A stretch of 45,075 bases of DNA, counting the filler, from Catajapyx aquilonaris (lineage: Eukaryota): the NCBI GenBank assembly GCA_000934665.2. It is 2 parts of 2 records of this genome, joined end to end, with 100 filler letters (N's around TTAATTAATTAA, not from the genome) between each part and the next. Parts side by side here need not be neighbours in the genome. Positions count along the whole stretch, not along the records: positions 1 to 22,484 come from JYFJ02005888.1; 1 more part is not named here. One strand, written 5' to 3'. Positions 1 through 12,570 of this stretch are shown piece by piece (within the stretch, counting starts at the first letter, position 1; the number at the start of each line of letters is the position of its first letter). The position numbers and the translations under genes are program-made. The notes below the pieces were generated by a model. That model saw nothing but the letters and a program-made list of their open reading frames with translations, was not told the origin of the DNA and did no database searches.

Positions 1-660
1 TCGAGTGTGGTTACGGAGCTGGCACTCAGCGCGGCGCTGCCAGATCGTCGCGTTCTTCGTGCGAGTTGTTATTGTTCATGGAGGGGGGTATTTTCGATCC
101 CAAAGTTTGGCCAAACCAAGACTGCCACACTCGTGCCCTTTCACACACTTACGGTAATTCGGCGTAAAAACCTCGCGATGGTCTCGAATCTCACAGGTAT
201 CGACATGGAAAGGAGTGATTACGGGTCAAAATAAAAAACTGTACCTGGCCGCGGCGGCCGCAAATATCGCCCCAGGATAAAAATAAGCGCACCATCTCAA
301 AGTGCAACTCTTTCTCGTCCAGATACTCCAGTTTCATGCCGATACCTCCATATTTGCGACCGTGACAGCGAGAGGAAGAAGTGTCAAACTCACGGACCGC
401 TCCGCGACGGGCTCTCCGCAACAATGGATCGCATAGCCTAGAGCGTGCTCTTAATGGGTTTTACTTTTATGCCAGCAATGTGGACCATGTTTTTATAACA
501 AGTTAATCCTCGATTTGTTAAAAATATGTATAATGGAATGCAACATAGTGCCTGGAAAGTTTAGTTATGATTATGTTGAGTCCTAATCTTTGCTGCCAGG
601 AGTTTGTCATAATCTCATACTACTACCAAAATCTATGTTGATCCTGACTTGCTTTTGCAG

Positions 661-3600
661 AAATTAGTACTGGTGAGGCGATTACAGTCAAGCCTAGCAA
701 GATCTTGTCTGGCCATGAAGCAGACAAAACCAACAAGCTGTTGCAGGCTATAGGAACAGCTCTAGAGAACAAGGTATAGTTGCAGTACCCCACGTTTTGT
801 TGAAATTCTTGTAAGCGCTCTTCAATTGTAGGTTAACAGTGATGATGCGGTAGCCGAAGTACTTAGCAAAGGTGATGCTCCACCCAAGAAATCTGTGGAC
901 TCTCGACGGAAAAAGGGAATTGAGGTAATGTATTGTTGGACTTTTTAATTACTTGGTGCTGCAATCTTGGAGTGTGTATAGCCTTTAACCCTCCGACAGG
1001 GACATGGGCACTTTTTCTGACCAAGGCCACTAATTTTGCTTTAACATTGAAAATGTAGCACATTTGAGATTAACCGTTGAGGACATCTTTGGTTGATTCC
1101 TTCTGCGACTAATGGTGTTTAGTTTAAATTTTTTGAGCAGATAGCATGACAAGAAAAAAATAAAATATGCACCGATGCGCTAGATGGGGCCAAAAGGGCC
1201 AAGACTGCATTCCAAGAGTGACTCACAGTCGGCTTACCAAGGGGAACCTGAGCTTATCGGTAGTGGTTCTTGAAAACATGGAAATCCCAGCTATGGTGAA
1301 ATGAAGCCAACTTCTGGCAACTTCAGAAATTAGGCAAACAACCCCTGAATCCTCGAACTGATAACTGGGTCTCGAAAGAAACTGGTCCAGCATCGATGCT
1401 GCTGGCACATTAAGGCCCCCAACTACGCTTCAGTGCATAAATTATTTTCTTCTGGTGGTATTATTTGCTCGAAAAATGTAAACTAAGCGCCATTTATTGT
1501 AGAAGGAATCAATGCATGATTGTCTCAAAAATATAGCCCAAATTTGCTATATATCCCATGTTATAACTGAAAATATGACCTGGTGACAAAAAGTGCCCAT
1601 GTCACCAGAGGAGGAACTTTTTGTATGTCACTGTCGGAGGGTTAAAAAATCGTAAAGATTTCATTTCTCCAGGTGACATCGATTTTTTTTTCTGGAGATT
1701 GCACACTAAAGCATATCAGAGGTGATTTTTGTTACTTCACACATTCTATGTGAACAAAACCTTTGTATTCATGTCCTTAACAAGGGAAGGGTACCGTTTC
1801 TGATAAGACACAGACATACCTTTTGACGTGAATACGTCTTTAAAATCGGGTCCGCATAGAGGGGGGCATGCAGGCAAACTCGAGCATTACAGAAAAGCGT
1901 TATAGTATATTATATCCGAGTCTACTATATCCGAAGTGGCTAAATTCGGATCCGCATAGGGGGCATGGAGGCAAACTCGAGGGTTACAGAAAAGCGTTAT
2001 AGTATATTATATCCGAGTCTACTATATCCGAAGTGGCTAAATTCGGATCCGCATAGGGGGCATGGAGGCAAACTCGAGGGTTACAGTCGGGTCCCCTGTC
2101 AGGGCCTGACTGTAACGCTTTTCTGTAGTCTGGACACATGCATGTGTCCAGACTTTAGGGTCACCATGCACCATTTGAGAATTTTGGGGGACGTAAGTGT
2201 TTAATTTAAAAAATTAATTTTAAATCATCGATGGTTCCCCGGGGCGGCATGGTGGTCTAGCGGTTACGCCGCTGGCCAGCCAAGCAGGAGGCCGGGGTTC
2301 AAATCCCGTCCCCGGCACCTCTGCTTGGCCGGATCTTTTTCCGCTTTTCTCCTGACATGCCGGAGTCAAATTGCACTCCCTTCTCTGCTCGGGGCCAGGA
2401 GAAAAGGCCTGGTGTAGAGAATCACATAAGTATTGTCATGTTGGTAGCTGGTGTGGGACTTAACTGAACCTTAAAGATAGTGCTGGATATTTAATGGAGG
2501 TGGTTAAATTACTGACAGCACAATTCTATACCTAGGGTAAACCACAAGGGAAACCTGGCCAAGGTGTCAAGGCTTCCCCAACTCAAAAGAACAAGACTGG
2601 ATCTCAGAGCAACAAATCTCCAGGCCAAAACTCCAAGACCTCTCCTTCTCATAACACAGACTCATCACCAGGGAAAAGGGGGAATAACAACAAAGCAACA
2701 CCTCCTAAGGACAAGGTTGAAGTCAGGTTGGTTATTGTGATATATTGTTGTATTATTTTGCACTGTTAGTGTTGCCTTGCAGGGCAAATTTGCGAAGTGC
2801 ATCAAAGGAGGACCTAGCAATTAAAAAGTCAGCTAGTCAGAAGAGTGGTTCAGGGCAGAAAACTATGCCTATGAAACCACCACCAACAGTTCAAATACAG
2901 GATGAAGATGGCCATAACCAAAGCAACAATGCTGAGGAGGAAAATGAGGACAGGGATTCTGACAATAGTGTTGGCTTTGGCTCAGAAATTAAGTCCGAAA
3001 TAAATTTAGGAGAGGATGAACCTGAGGTAAGGTTTCAAGAATTACTTGAGGGAGATGGAACTGATGCATTTGCACTTCAGGATACCTTGTTGTGTAAACT
3101 ATGTTCTAATCGGGGCACTTGTTTTGCAGCTGCCACCCATAGTTTTGAAATCAGCAACTCGTCGACCAAATACCCCTCGTCCTAAGGGAAATAATTCAGG
3201 TAAATATATCTTTGCAACATTAGCATTTACATCTTTAGGCCTATTTTAATTATGGCCTACATGTGGTCACTACTCTACTTGTGATGCAAACTAGTATGCA
3301 TTAAAGAGAAAAAACTGCTGCATCTGTTGTTAGTTAATTTAGTCCCAAAGTTCCTGTGATATGAGCCACCCTAAGGTCCATCAAAGTATAAATTCCACAT
3401 AAGACCTCTGAAAAATTGACTCATTCTCAGTTTATGTATAGTGGCCAACAAGGTTTGCTGTAGATTTGTATGCAGCATCCTCTGTAACACTGAGCAATGG
3501 CTCTTTTTTAAAACCACAGAAGGACACCCCCTTGTGCTTCATTTGTTTCCGCGGGGAAAAATCAGGCCGATAACTTTTTGCATTTTTCACTGGTGGTTAT

Positions 3601-6600
3601 CGCGTTTTTCTCCTGAGCCCTCCAATTGATAAAAAATTTACAAGCCCTCCTTTTTATTTACCTGTGGAAATTGTGTATTCCTGTCTAAATGAAAGGCTTA
3701 TTTTACAGAAGAAGGTGAAGAGGAAGGTGGAAATGACCCACTTCCAGCTACCAACCAAACGTCAACAGTTGCTCCTAGTTCTGGTTCTCCCTACCCACCT
3801 AATAGTGCTTCTGAACCTCGTGACATCACAGCGGAATTGTATGAGAAAGCTGAGAAGGCTGGGTGTGTGTCGCGAGATGTTTTTTAGATTGCATGTTACA
3901 GGGACATGATTGCATATATCGTTTCAGAAATCCTTACAATGTGATGCCATTACAAACCGTAAGGCCACCTAGTGCCAGGCCTGCTGCGCCCCGAATTCGG
4001 AAGGAAATCCCTGTTGAGGCAGAGAGGTAATATTTCAGGGTCATAAATAACTGACGCAGTTTTGATGGAACATTACCGGACTCCTCAGTAGTGCAATCAC
4101 TCATACTAATATAAGGGTCATTCAAATGAAAACAAGCCAAGGTCATTGTAAACTGCCAAATGACCATGCAGGGTTCTGCATAAATATTGTCCTATTTTTC
4201 TTGGTCCACTCACGAATGTCTTGATTTCTTGCCTCAACACTGCTCTTCCTTATGCCTCATTAGCATATAAGTTGTGTGATTAAAACATGATTCAGTCTCT
4301 ACTAATTCGTATTTGTAATATCGACATACAGGTGATTTTTGTGCTAGGTGGTGTTGGACAAGTGTGACTTGGCAATTAACCCCTTGGGGCCCCACCTATA
4401 CCGCCATCGCCTAGATTTTCATTTCTGTTATACTTACATGTACTGTGAAGATTTTAAAAAAACATATTTTACCAATAATAACAGCTATGCTTGCACGTTC
4501 AGGGAAAACAACGTGTGTCTTGGAAACTATTTTCCTTGTCTAGAAGTCCCTAAATTAATTTTTAAAAGTAATAGCTTGAGGGGAGGTGTAGATGGCCGTG
4601 ATGGTAACGTCACGGCTGGCTGAGTGAAAGGCACCAGGTTCGATCCCCGCCTGGGGAACTTTCCTTTCACCTGCGTCAGGAGGGTCTCTGACCTGCACCA
4701 AGGAGGTGTCTGGCAACCTAACCTCCTGGGGAACAGCACATGACCCCTTTACCGACATTGCACTTGCACCAATGTTCCCTCCCCAACAATCCTTATCCCT
4801 ACCCGACATCCTGGACTCCTTGCACCGGTGAATGAAGTTAATATAGGAAAATGGAGTGAAATGGTGGTATTCCACCCCCCTAAAAAGGCTCAGCCTTATG
4901 ACGGGGTAACGTAAAAAAATAAAGAAAAAAAAAGTAATAACTTGAAATTTAAGTACTACTGGCCAACCGTTAGGCCATCACCTACTGTAGATTTTCCCTT
5001 ACATGTACTCGGAAGATAAGGACAGCATATTTTACAAAATATTAACAGCTATGCTTACATGTTCATTGAAAATACTATGAATGTGTTTGGAACAATTTTC
5101 CTCCTCTAGAAGTTCCTAAATTAATTTCCAAAAAGATTGCTGCAAAAAAAAACAAGAAATTCGAGAACTGCTAGTCAACTGTTAGGCTGATTTAATTATG
5201 AAATAAGTTAAAATACAGTAAAACTTCTATAAGTCAAATCTCCATGGGACCGGGGAAAAACTTCGAGTTATAGAAGATTTGAGTTAGAGAATTTTGGCTT
5301 TTTTTAAGCACAGAACTCTATAAGGAAGCCTACCTTTATATCCAGTGAAGAAAGGTGTTCAATACTTAAAAATTACTGTCACTATCACACTTACAATGTT
5401 CCTCGTTGTATTGTTGTAAAAAAATCTCCGTTATGGACATTTGCCTACTCTTAGATTCAAGGATTCAATTGTCACAATCGAGTCAAACACTTCTTTCGGT
5501 ATACGTCTGGTAGGCGGAGATCAGGAAATTTAGCCTTTCTGTACATGTACTCTCGACCCTTCGGCTGGGAAATGAGAAAATTTTCTGTACTCTCCAACAT
5601 GAACTTCGACTTAGGGAGACTGAAAATGCATTGATATCCCACCGTAAGGCCCTGCCTGCACTTCGAGTTATGGAGAACTTCGGGTTATAGAAATAAGAGT
5701 TAAGGAACTTTATTTCCTACTATTTTACATTGTGACCAAACAAGCTCATAATTTTCTTCGAGTTATAGAGAACTTCGACTTAGGGAAGTTCAACTTATAG
5801 AAGTTTTACTGTATACGGAATATTAACCTTGAGAACCTTGCCAGACGAAGTTGCTGAAATCGTCGTACTTCGCGAGAAATAAATGAATTTGGGAGATTTC
5901 CGAAGTAACAGGAGAGCCCCAGATAAGAAATAATTTATTTCTCGTAAAGTACGACAATTTCAGCAAATTCGTCTGGCGCTATTCTCAATATTGTTATTCC
6001 GTGTATTTTAACGTATTTCATAATTAAATCAACCAAGTAGTTGGCCAGAAGTACTCGAATTTCGAGTTTTACAGCGATAATTTTGGAAATTAATTTAGGG
6101 ACTTCTAGATGAGGTGAATTGTTCCAGACAAATTCATAGTGTTTTCCCTGATCGGGTAAGTATAGCTGTTATTTTGGGTAAAATATCTTGTCCGTATCTT
6201 CAGAGTACTCGTAAGTGGAAAACTAGGTGATGACGGGTATAACTGGGGCCCAAGGGGTTAAGAATTCCTGTTAAGATGTAAGACCAGCCCCCTGCAACTG
6301 CCTATCTAGTCATATGGGTAAGGCCGTGCTCTTAGCGAGTCCCCTATCCCCGGATATGGAGCACTGTACCAAATCACATTCGGGTAGCTGATGAGGTGGA
6401 TCTGCAAACTAGCGCTGAATGGGAACTGACAATTTAGGTAGGTTTAGAACGGTTCAGGAGTCATCCGCCTGAATGCGATTTGCTACAGTGCTCCACATCT
6501 GGGGATAGAGGACTAGCTAAGCACACGTGAAAAGAGAGGGAGTGTGTAAGACAGTGACAGGTGTGTGCTCAAGCAAGAACTTACGTACAATGACTTCTTC

Positions 6601-9493
6601 GATATGAACTTTTTTTCAAGCTATTGTGCCATTTGAAAACTTTTTTTTCAGCAATGTGAACAAATTCCATGTCAATAGTTTGTATCATATTGTTTTGGTT
6701 TTTTAAATCTCTCTAATGTGATTACTACTTTGCAGACAAGAAACAGTGGAGGCTCCAGTCATTTTGTATGATGGTAAAGGAGTCGATGAAGAAGATGATG
6801 AAGAAGAAGAGTACGTAGTGCAAGAAGCTCCCTTGATATCAGTGGAGTCACAAAATAAAACTGTGAGTTGGAATTTGGCAACTTATTGTAGCTCAATAAA
6901 TAACCTTTGATTTATATTGGTGATAGTCATTCAGCACTGAAGAACTTGACATATCAAGTGGAAAGCATGGCCATTTAGTAGAACAGATCTTGGAGACCAA
7001 GAGGCAAATTGAAGGGAACGGACAGGGTGAAGGCAGTAAGGTGACAATTGTAAGTGTGAAGTGTGTCCTGTTCTTTATGGTCATGTAAGCCACTTTTTTG
7101 TAGGTATTCTTGAAACTAGGATTTGATTTAAAGTGTGTAAGCAATCTTAAACTTTGTCTTGAGAAAATATTACCATATTACTGGCCAGTAACCTTTAATT
7201 AAGTATAGGACGTGTAAAAAATGAATGTGGATAGATTTGGCCCAGGAAAAGTAGATTTTTTCACTTTTAATTGTTTAATTATTTCTTCTTCAAAATATCT
7301 CTCCCCCTTCCCCTTGTCCCACATGTTTCCTCTGACTGAGTAAATGTGCCTATACCAGGTGGAAAACTGTATTTAATGTGGGGAATGTTTCAGTAGGATT
7401 TCATTCGTGTCTGACAAGTCTACTTACGAATCTGACAAAATCTCGTGCAGTTTTTTTCCTGGCATGACTATACGATACGTACTCATGTGAGGTGACCATA
7501 GTGCCTATAGGGTAGCATGGTTGACGTATGCGTTGAATTGAAGGACGTGTAAGAAAAAGGGCGTGAGATATCGATATGAATGGTGGAATTTCCATGGAAA
7601 CTTGAAAAATATTCCATGTTTTCCGATTATCCAGGCACACCCATGCATTCATTAGCATGTATATTTGGGAGTGCAGTGTATATGGCCATACTACAGCAAT
7701 GTGACATTGCTCCTTCTGGTTTCTTTTTGTGGAGTTAAAGTAAAAAATTGGTGTTTCATTACAAATCTTTGACATAAGACACATTACTGAGAACATGTAG
7801 TGCTGCATTCAAATATAACTGCACTGTTCGGTTTCAATTCCTATGGAGGACCAAATGCCTCCCCTTGGGTGGCCCATGAATATGTGACTGACAGGGTCAG
7901 CCTTGTTTTGGAGTCTCTGGTGAGGCTCCTGGAATTTTCCCAGACATATGGCACAGATAAGGTGTTCCAAGTATGTGGTTTGCTTTAGTTATAGGAATGA
8001 TCTCTCAAAGCTGTTATTTCTTTGTAGCTTGTTGTGCCCAATCTAGGTGCCGTATTATTATAGCAACTGCTATGCTCAACCACCTAGGAGTAATGGGGCA
8101 CTGGATCATGGCACAACAAGCTACACAAAAATAACTGCATTGGGCGATATTAGCAATAACTAAAAACAACCCTCATCCTTGGAACAACTTGTATTCAGAC
8201 AGAGGGAACCACCAAGTTCATTGTTGGTATGAGTTTAAAAGAACTGGAAAGGGAAAGAATAAAATAAATGCCAAAGGTGATTATTGTTCCATTTAGCTTG
8301 TTGAAACAAATGCATTTTCACCCATATTCAAAGAATTGTTTATCAACTGTGACCCAAACTGCCGTAGTCTTGTAGAGCTTCCTGAGATGCAGACCTTCAG
8401 CTCAGTTGCATCAAGAGCTAATGGTTGCATCTTCTTGCACATCAAAAACAACATGCCAGAAGTTGTGGTTTTTGCTCCCTTCCCCCCCAAAATACAGTAA
8501 AACATTTAAAAGGGGCCCATCTTTAAGGGGTTAACTGATGTCACATTGTTCAGCATGAAGCAAAGTACTGACGGCAGTACCTTATGGGAATAACTTAGGA
8601 ATAACACCCTCATCAAGACATCGAGTTGTCATATCATGCATTTGATAATTTACCATGCACCTGGTGGGACATGACAACTCTGACTTCTTTATGAGGGCTG
8701 TAATTCCCCCTTAGGTGTCATGTTTGGGTTAGGGTATGTGGTGAGATAAGATGGTGGACTGCCAAATGCTATTGATTTGAGTATATAGCCATTACACTTT
8801 ATTATGTCGTGCCCACCCATTTACATTATGTAGCCAAATATGAGTGTTGAATATTGAATGGATGTCCCAGTATTTTTTATGAGGATATACTCTACATTCT
8901 ACAAGGTGTGTTGATATTGACATGGTGAATATTATTGACCCATGCCCTGTTTTTTTGTCACTTCTAAACTTTTGTCATGAATGCACAAGTTTTGCAGTAG
9001 CATTAATAATAGCTTGGCATTTAGGAATGGGAAGAAGGTGCAGCGGATCGTGGTCGTCGGCAAGACATGGAAGCTGTCAAGAAAGACATGGATCGCCTTC
9101 GAGACAATATTCAGTCACTCACTAGGAATGCCCACCCTCTTGGAAAATTGATGGATTTCCTTCAGGAGGATGTAGACACAATGCAGAAAGAACTACAATC
9201 ATGGCGTGAGGGAAATCGGGAGTACCATCAGTTGATACTGCAGCAGCAAAGGTTATTTTCCAAGTCTTCTTGGTTGGATGCATACATGCTATAGCAATAA
9301 TGACATGACTGTATTTTTTTCTTGCAGGCTCACTCATGAAACAATTGATCCATTATTGGTCATGCTGTCGGAATTGGAGCAGGCAATTGAAGGAGAGCTG
9401 GAAGGCATCAAAGTGTCCAAAGTGAATATAATCAAGAACGAACAGAGAATTATTAACATGATGACAAATGGCAAATTGCGTAAGGTTAAGTGA
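661..9493 (+). CDS. TRAF3IP1: Intraflagellar transport protein 54 / TRAF3-interacting protein 1 (MIP-T3), 5'-partial, 11 exons in window
   Basis: Phase-consistent GT-AG exons: 661-773, 832-924, 2536-2726, 2783-3026, 3130-3199, 3709-3862, 3928-4026, 6736-6862, 6927-7049, 9025-9251, 9328-9493 (TGA). Motifs: end of the CH-like domain (TGEAITVKPSKILSGHEADKTNKLLQAIG), RPPSARPAAPR, an acidic tract, HGHLVEQILETK, and the C-terminal coiled coil LRDNIQSLTRNAHPLGKLMDFLQEDVDTMQKELQSW, all characteristic of IFT54. Confidence 0.92.
989..1641. mobile_element. Non-autonomous piggyBac-like element in a TRAF3IP1 intron
   Basis: TTAA on both flanks (985-988, 1642-1645). TIR CCCTCCGACAG(G/T)GACAT matches 16/17. 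A subterminal inverted copy of GACATGGGCACTTTTT lies near 1588-1603. Confidence 0.85.
1846..2127. repeat. About 2.5 tandem copies of a 97-bp unit associated with a TA-flanked MITE terminus
   Basis: AGAAAAGCGTTATAGTATATTATATCCGAG... recurs at 1891 and 1988. An inverted TAACGCTTTTCTGTA is at 2113-2127. Confidence 0.8.
2241..2440 (+). mobile_element. tRNA-derived SINE (3' end approximate)
   Basis: Pol III A box TGGTCTAGCGG (2253-2263) and B box GGTTCAAATCC (2296-2306), followed by non-tRNA body. Confidence 0.65.
4580..4929 (+). mobile_element. tRNA-derived SINE family A, copy 1 (nested)
   Basis: A box-like TGGCCGTGATGG, B box GGTTCGATCCCC, A-rich tail, ~16-bp TSD AAAAGTAATA(G/A)CTTGA. A highly similar copy is at 29474. 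Confidence 0.88.
5216..5811. mobile_element. Tc1/mariner-pogo(Tigger)-type MITE, copy 1 (nested)
   Basis: TA TSD, TIR CAGTAAAACTTCTATAAGT, internal TTCGAGTTATAG repeats. A second copy is at 44169-44594. Confidence 0.88.
6325..6527. repeat. ~200-bp imperfect palindrome (foldback MITE)
   Basis: CGTGCTCTTAGCGAGTCCCCTATCCCC...GGAGCACTGT pairs with ACAGTGCTCC...GGGGATAGAGGACTAGCTAAGCACACG. Confidence 0.75.
8598..8707. repeat. Degenerate inverted repeat / MITE relic
   Basis: GGAATAACACCCTCAT...GAGTTGTCAT versus ATGACAACTC...ATGAGGGCTGTAATTCC. Confidence 0.5.
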
Positions 9494-10760
9494 GACTTGA
9501 CCTGACACACTAGTTCAGATTGTTTTTTTTAGTTTAGTTTTCTGAGCTAGCCTTGCAATAATTATAAGGTTTAGTCATAGGATGAGCACTTAATACTTGA
9601 AAAAGTCTGCTGCATCTCTTCCAGGTCTATTCATGAAATCATCCACAACTGAATGTACATGTGCAATGCCTGCCCTCTCAGCTTATACCGGTATGGTTAT
9701 TGCATGTGTACATTCAATCTTGTCCTCCTTTTCAAGTTTGACACATTGTAATAAGCACTAAGTAATATAAGCAGATGCCCCAAGCATGCAGGTTTGTGGT
9801 CCTATGGATTCATTATGGGAGCTCCATAAGGAAGAGCGGGTGGGAAGTCATATGGGGATGGCCTGGAACCTGCTTTGGGGCAAGAAGCCTGACAATGGGG
9901 CAGGGACACTAGCACAAGGCAACCCTAAGTAGGCCAGGTAACATAGGGGATGAGGGTCTGATGTCAACATTCTTACAGGTTTATTACGGGAGCTCCTTTT
10001 TACCAGGTCAGGTGCTGGGCAGGGATGAGGATGAACTGGGACCTACCGTGGGACCTCTGTCAGAGTAGGCCAGGGCAAGTGATAAGGTGGTCCCATGTGC
10101 TGGCAGGGGTGGGTGGAGGCAGGAGCATGCCATGGGTAGCTTCGAGGAAGCCAGGGATGTAGTGATATGTGGAGTAGCTGGTCACAGGAATGGGCAGAGG
10201 CAGGGCCGACTCTGCGCAGTTGGCCTCAATGGTTGCAAGTTGTGTGCATTCCGTAGGGGATGTGCATGTGTAATAAGCAGGGGTTGGTGATGGGGAGGGA
10301 AGGGGACGGGAGTCAGCAGTGAGGCTGTGTTCATCCAGGGTGAACCTAGGGCAAAAGTAACCCTTCATTAGACATGATGGGGGTGCGTCCCAGGCATAAT
10401 GTACCCATAATACCGTCTGTTCAGCTGAAGGCCACTATAGGCTAGGCTGCTAACTCCTCTTCCTCCCCCACTAGTCCCTCACTTTTGGGGAGTGTACCAT
10501 TGCCACAACTTACAAGGGAACGGTCAGGGTCGAGAACCTCCGATTTGGTTGAAACTGGCTTGAGGGGTCATTAATGTGCTATAGACACAGTGGTGAAAGT
10601 GTTAGCTCGCACTGTCCAGCCGTTTCCGAGATATGAGCGACAGAAACATCCGAATGTTAGTGGTGGGGGTGATGAGAGTCTGAAGCAAAGAAACACTTTC
10701 CATTCACAAGGGTGTGTAAGAGAAGGGCATCTGGCAGTGGATGTGGTTCACTGCCCATTT

Positions 10761-10941
10761 CAGAATTGACTTTGGATATAAGAGCCTCGGCTATAAGCAA
10801 CTCTTGGTTATAGCAAACTCGAAAGGCTGGTCCCACCATACTTCCATATGTGGCCTGTGTATTTGGCTATAGGAAACCTGGGTTATGGCATACTGATTTC
10901 CACGGTCCCTTGTTGACGTCTCTTATATCTGGAGTCGATTG
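10761..10941. mobile_element. Degenerate TA-MITE; related copy in opposite orientation at ~42390-42531
   Basis: Imperfect TIR GACTTTGGATATAAGAG / CTCTTATATCTGGAGTCG. The shared core GAAAGGCTG..GTCCC.CCATACTTCCATA occurs as its reverse complement at ~42437-42467. Confidence 0.6.
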
Positions 10942-11381
10942 TACCTACTAGTCATCACAGTTCACACTGGTGTTAGCAATTCCATCCATGCAATGAGAAC
11001 AAGTCCCTTGATGTGACAGAATTTTCTGAAATGTAAGAACCTGCACATAAGTGTGTACACTAGAATAGAGCAGCACTACAGTATAGCTTTATATTTTTTG
11101 AAATTGTGTTTGAAACATTGTTGGGCCTTGAGGTTTGTGATATTCCATGCTGATAAAAAGTTTATTTTTTACTAGTCAATCCTAATTGTAGTAGTTATTC
11201 ATTATTATTGGATATTATCAGATATTATGTACAAGTGTGTTTCCTGTCTTTTAAACCTTCAGAAAGTTTAAGTGGCAGAATGTTATGAAACCATGGTAGT
11301 AACATACTGCACACCTGCCATTTTTCTGGGGTATAAGATGGGTAATTCTTCTGGCAGCACTGTCAGAGGCAGCCGGCAGGT

Positions 11382-12570
11382 CCCACACAACACAAATGTC
11401 CCTGGAACCGCCCACGGACGTCGCTTATTCATCCCAGATAATCGGGACGTCCGCAGTACGTCCTAGGGATGAAAGACTGTGACGTCCTAGGGATGCCCCC
11501 CACAAGGTATCCCAGGACCATCCCGCAAGTCCTGTTCTCGTCCCGCCGGACTATCAGAACGTCCAGAGGACATCTACAGCGAGGCTACGATATACCTGCC
11601 CATTCGAATGGGTGGGTGTATGTAGATGGCATATGTAATCAAAATAAGTTGTACACCCATTCGACATCACTGAGAATACGTAAACGTACCACCTAATAAT
11701 ACCACCTAATAATACCACCTAATAATACCACCTAATAATACCACCTAATAATAATAAGGGTGCTGCTGATTAAGAACTGCTTGTCATATCTGAGCAGCAA
11801 ATAGGATATATTGGTTCGTCATTCCTTGTAATTGTTGGATTCGCATCGCCTGCCCCCCTGCGACTCCTTCTCGTGCCCCCACGGGGGAGTAGTGACTGGC
11901 CATTCTTGTTAGAATGCGCACGTCGGGAGAAGGGGGGAAGAACACATATCATTAAATAAGCGCAGTTTCCTTTCACGAGTGATGCCGAGTGGTCGTGTGC
12001 AGTGGACGCATGTGCCGAGCTTATAATATAGACGTTAGTAGTACTGCGCCGTCATCTCTTTTGTGGACCGCTATTATATTGTGACTGCCAGCAGCGCAGA
12101 GCACTATATTATTATATTGCACGCAATATCACTGCTCTAGCTGCTGCTGCTTGGTTGTCATCGTCCTGTATGCACTTATTAAGACGCACTAACTCTGCTA
12201 GTTGCCATCCTGCGTGCAGTTCATGAGGACCTATATGTACTTCCCCATTATTCACTATAATAACCGCCACGGTGAGGGATTTTTGTTTCTGGTGGCCCAT
12301 TCGGGGCAGTGGCAAATCAATAATGCACATGTCATCCCGCGGAAGTTCACGGGACTTACACAGGATGTCACAATCTTGTCCCTTCGTGATCCGGGGGATG
12401 TCCTTTGGGCCATCCCAGGGACTTTTCAGGGACGTCGAAACTTTTCCAGTTCGTGATCCCTGGACCGTCCCAGGGACCTCTACACCCGGGTTTTGGACGA
12501 CCCTTGGACGTCCCTTTATCCCAATGTGTCATCCCTGGGACGTCCTAGGTACGTCCTTGTGTTGTGTGGG
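11382..12570. mobile_element. Non-autonomous CMC/EnSpm-like DNA transposon
   Basis: Perfect 14-bp TIR CCCACACAACACAA, 2-bp GT on both flanks, and many subterminal GGACGTCC-like palindromic repeats at both ends. Confidence 0.75.
11687..11752 (+). repeat. Minisatellite (TACCACCTAATAA) x5 inside the CMC-like element
   Basis: Five direct 13-bp copies read directly. Confidence 0.95.

Larger units (their letters stand above)
4380..6257. mobile_element. TTAA-flanked piggyBac-like foldback element hosting two nested insertions
   Basis: TTAA at 4376-4379 and 6258-6261; termini CCCCTTGGG(G)CCCCA / TGGGGCCCAAGGGG. Long imperfect inverted arms are centred near 5905. Confidence 0.8.

Noticed and set aside
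1..454. GC-rich ORFs 7-234 and 191-424 as genes
   Set aside because: No recognisable domain; they lie in a TRAF3IP1 intron and are probably the end of a transposon whose other terminus is outside the window.
2241..2320. Functional tRNA genes at SINE heads (also 4580, 29474, 32061, 41279)
   Set aside because: A/B boxes are present, but the cloverleafs are incomplete and continue into SINE bodies, mostly with tails and TSDs.
3664..3909. ORF-track frame KKVKRKVEMTHF.. as the TRAF3IP1 exon
   Set aside because: Splice phases with the flanking exons require the other frame (EEGEEEGGNDPLP..).
4527..4875. Duplicated ORFs also found at 29435-29711, suggesting a gene family
   Set aside because: They are antisense readings of two copies of the same SINE.
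9780..10500. Pro-rich ORF 10060-10368 as a gene
   Set aside because: No domain or splice-consistent model; it looks like CpG-depleted decayed repeat DNA.
11687..11752. Regular short repeats as a CRISPR array
   Set aside because: Head-to-tail 13-mers with no spacers, in a eukaryotic context, with no cas genes.
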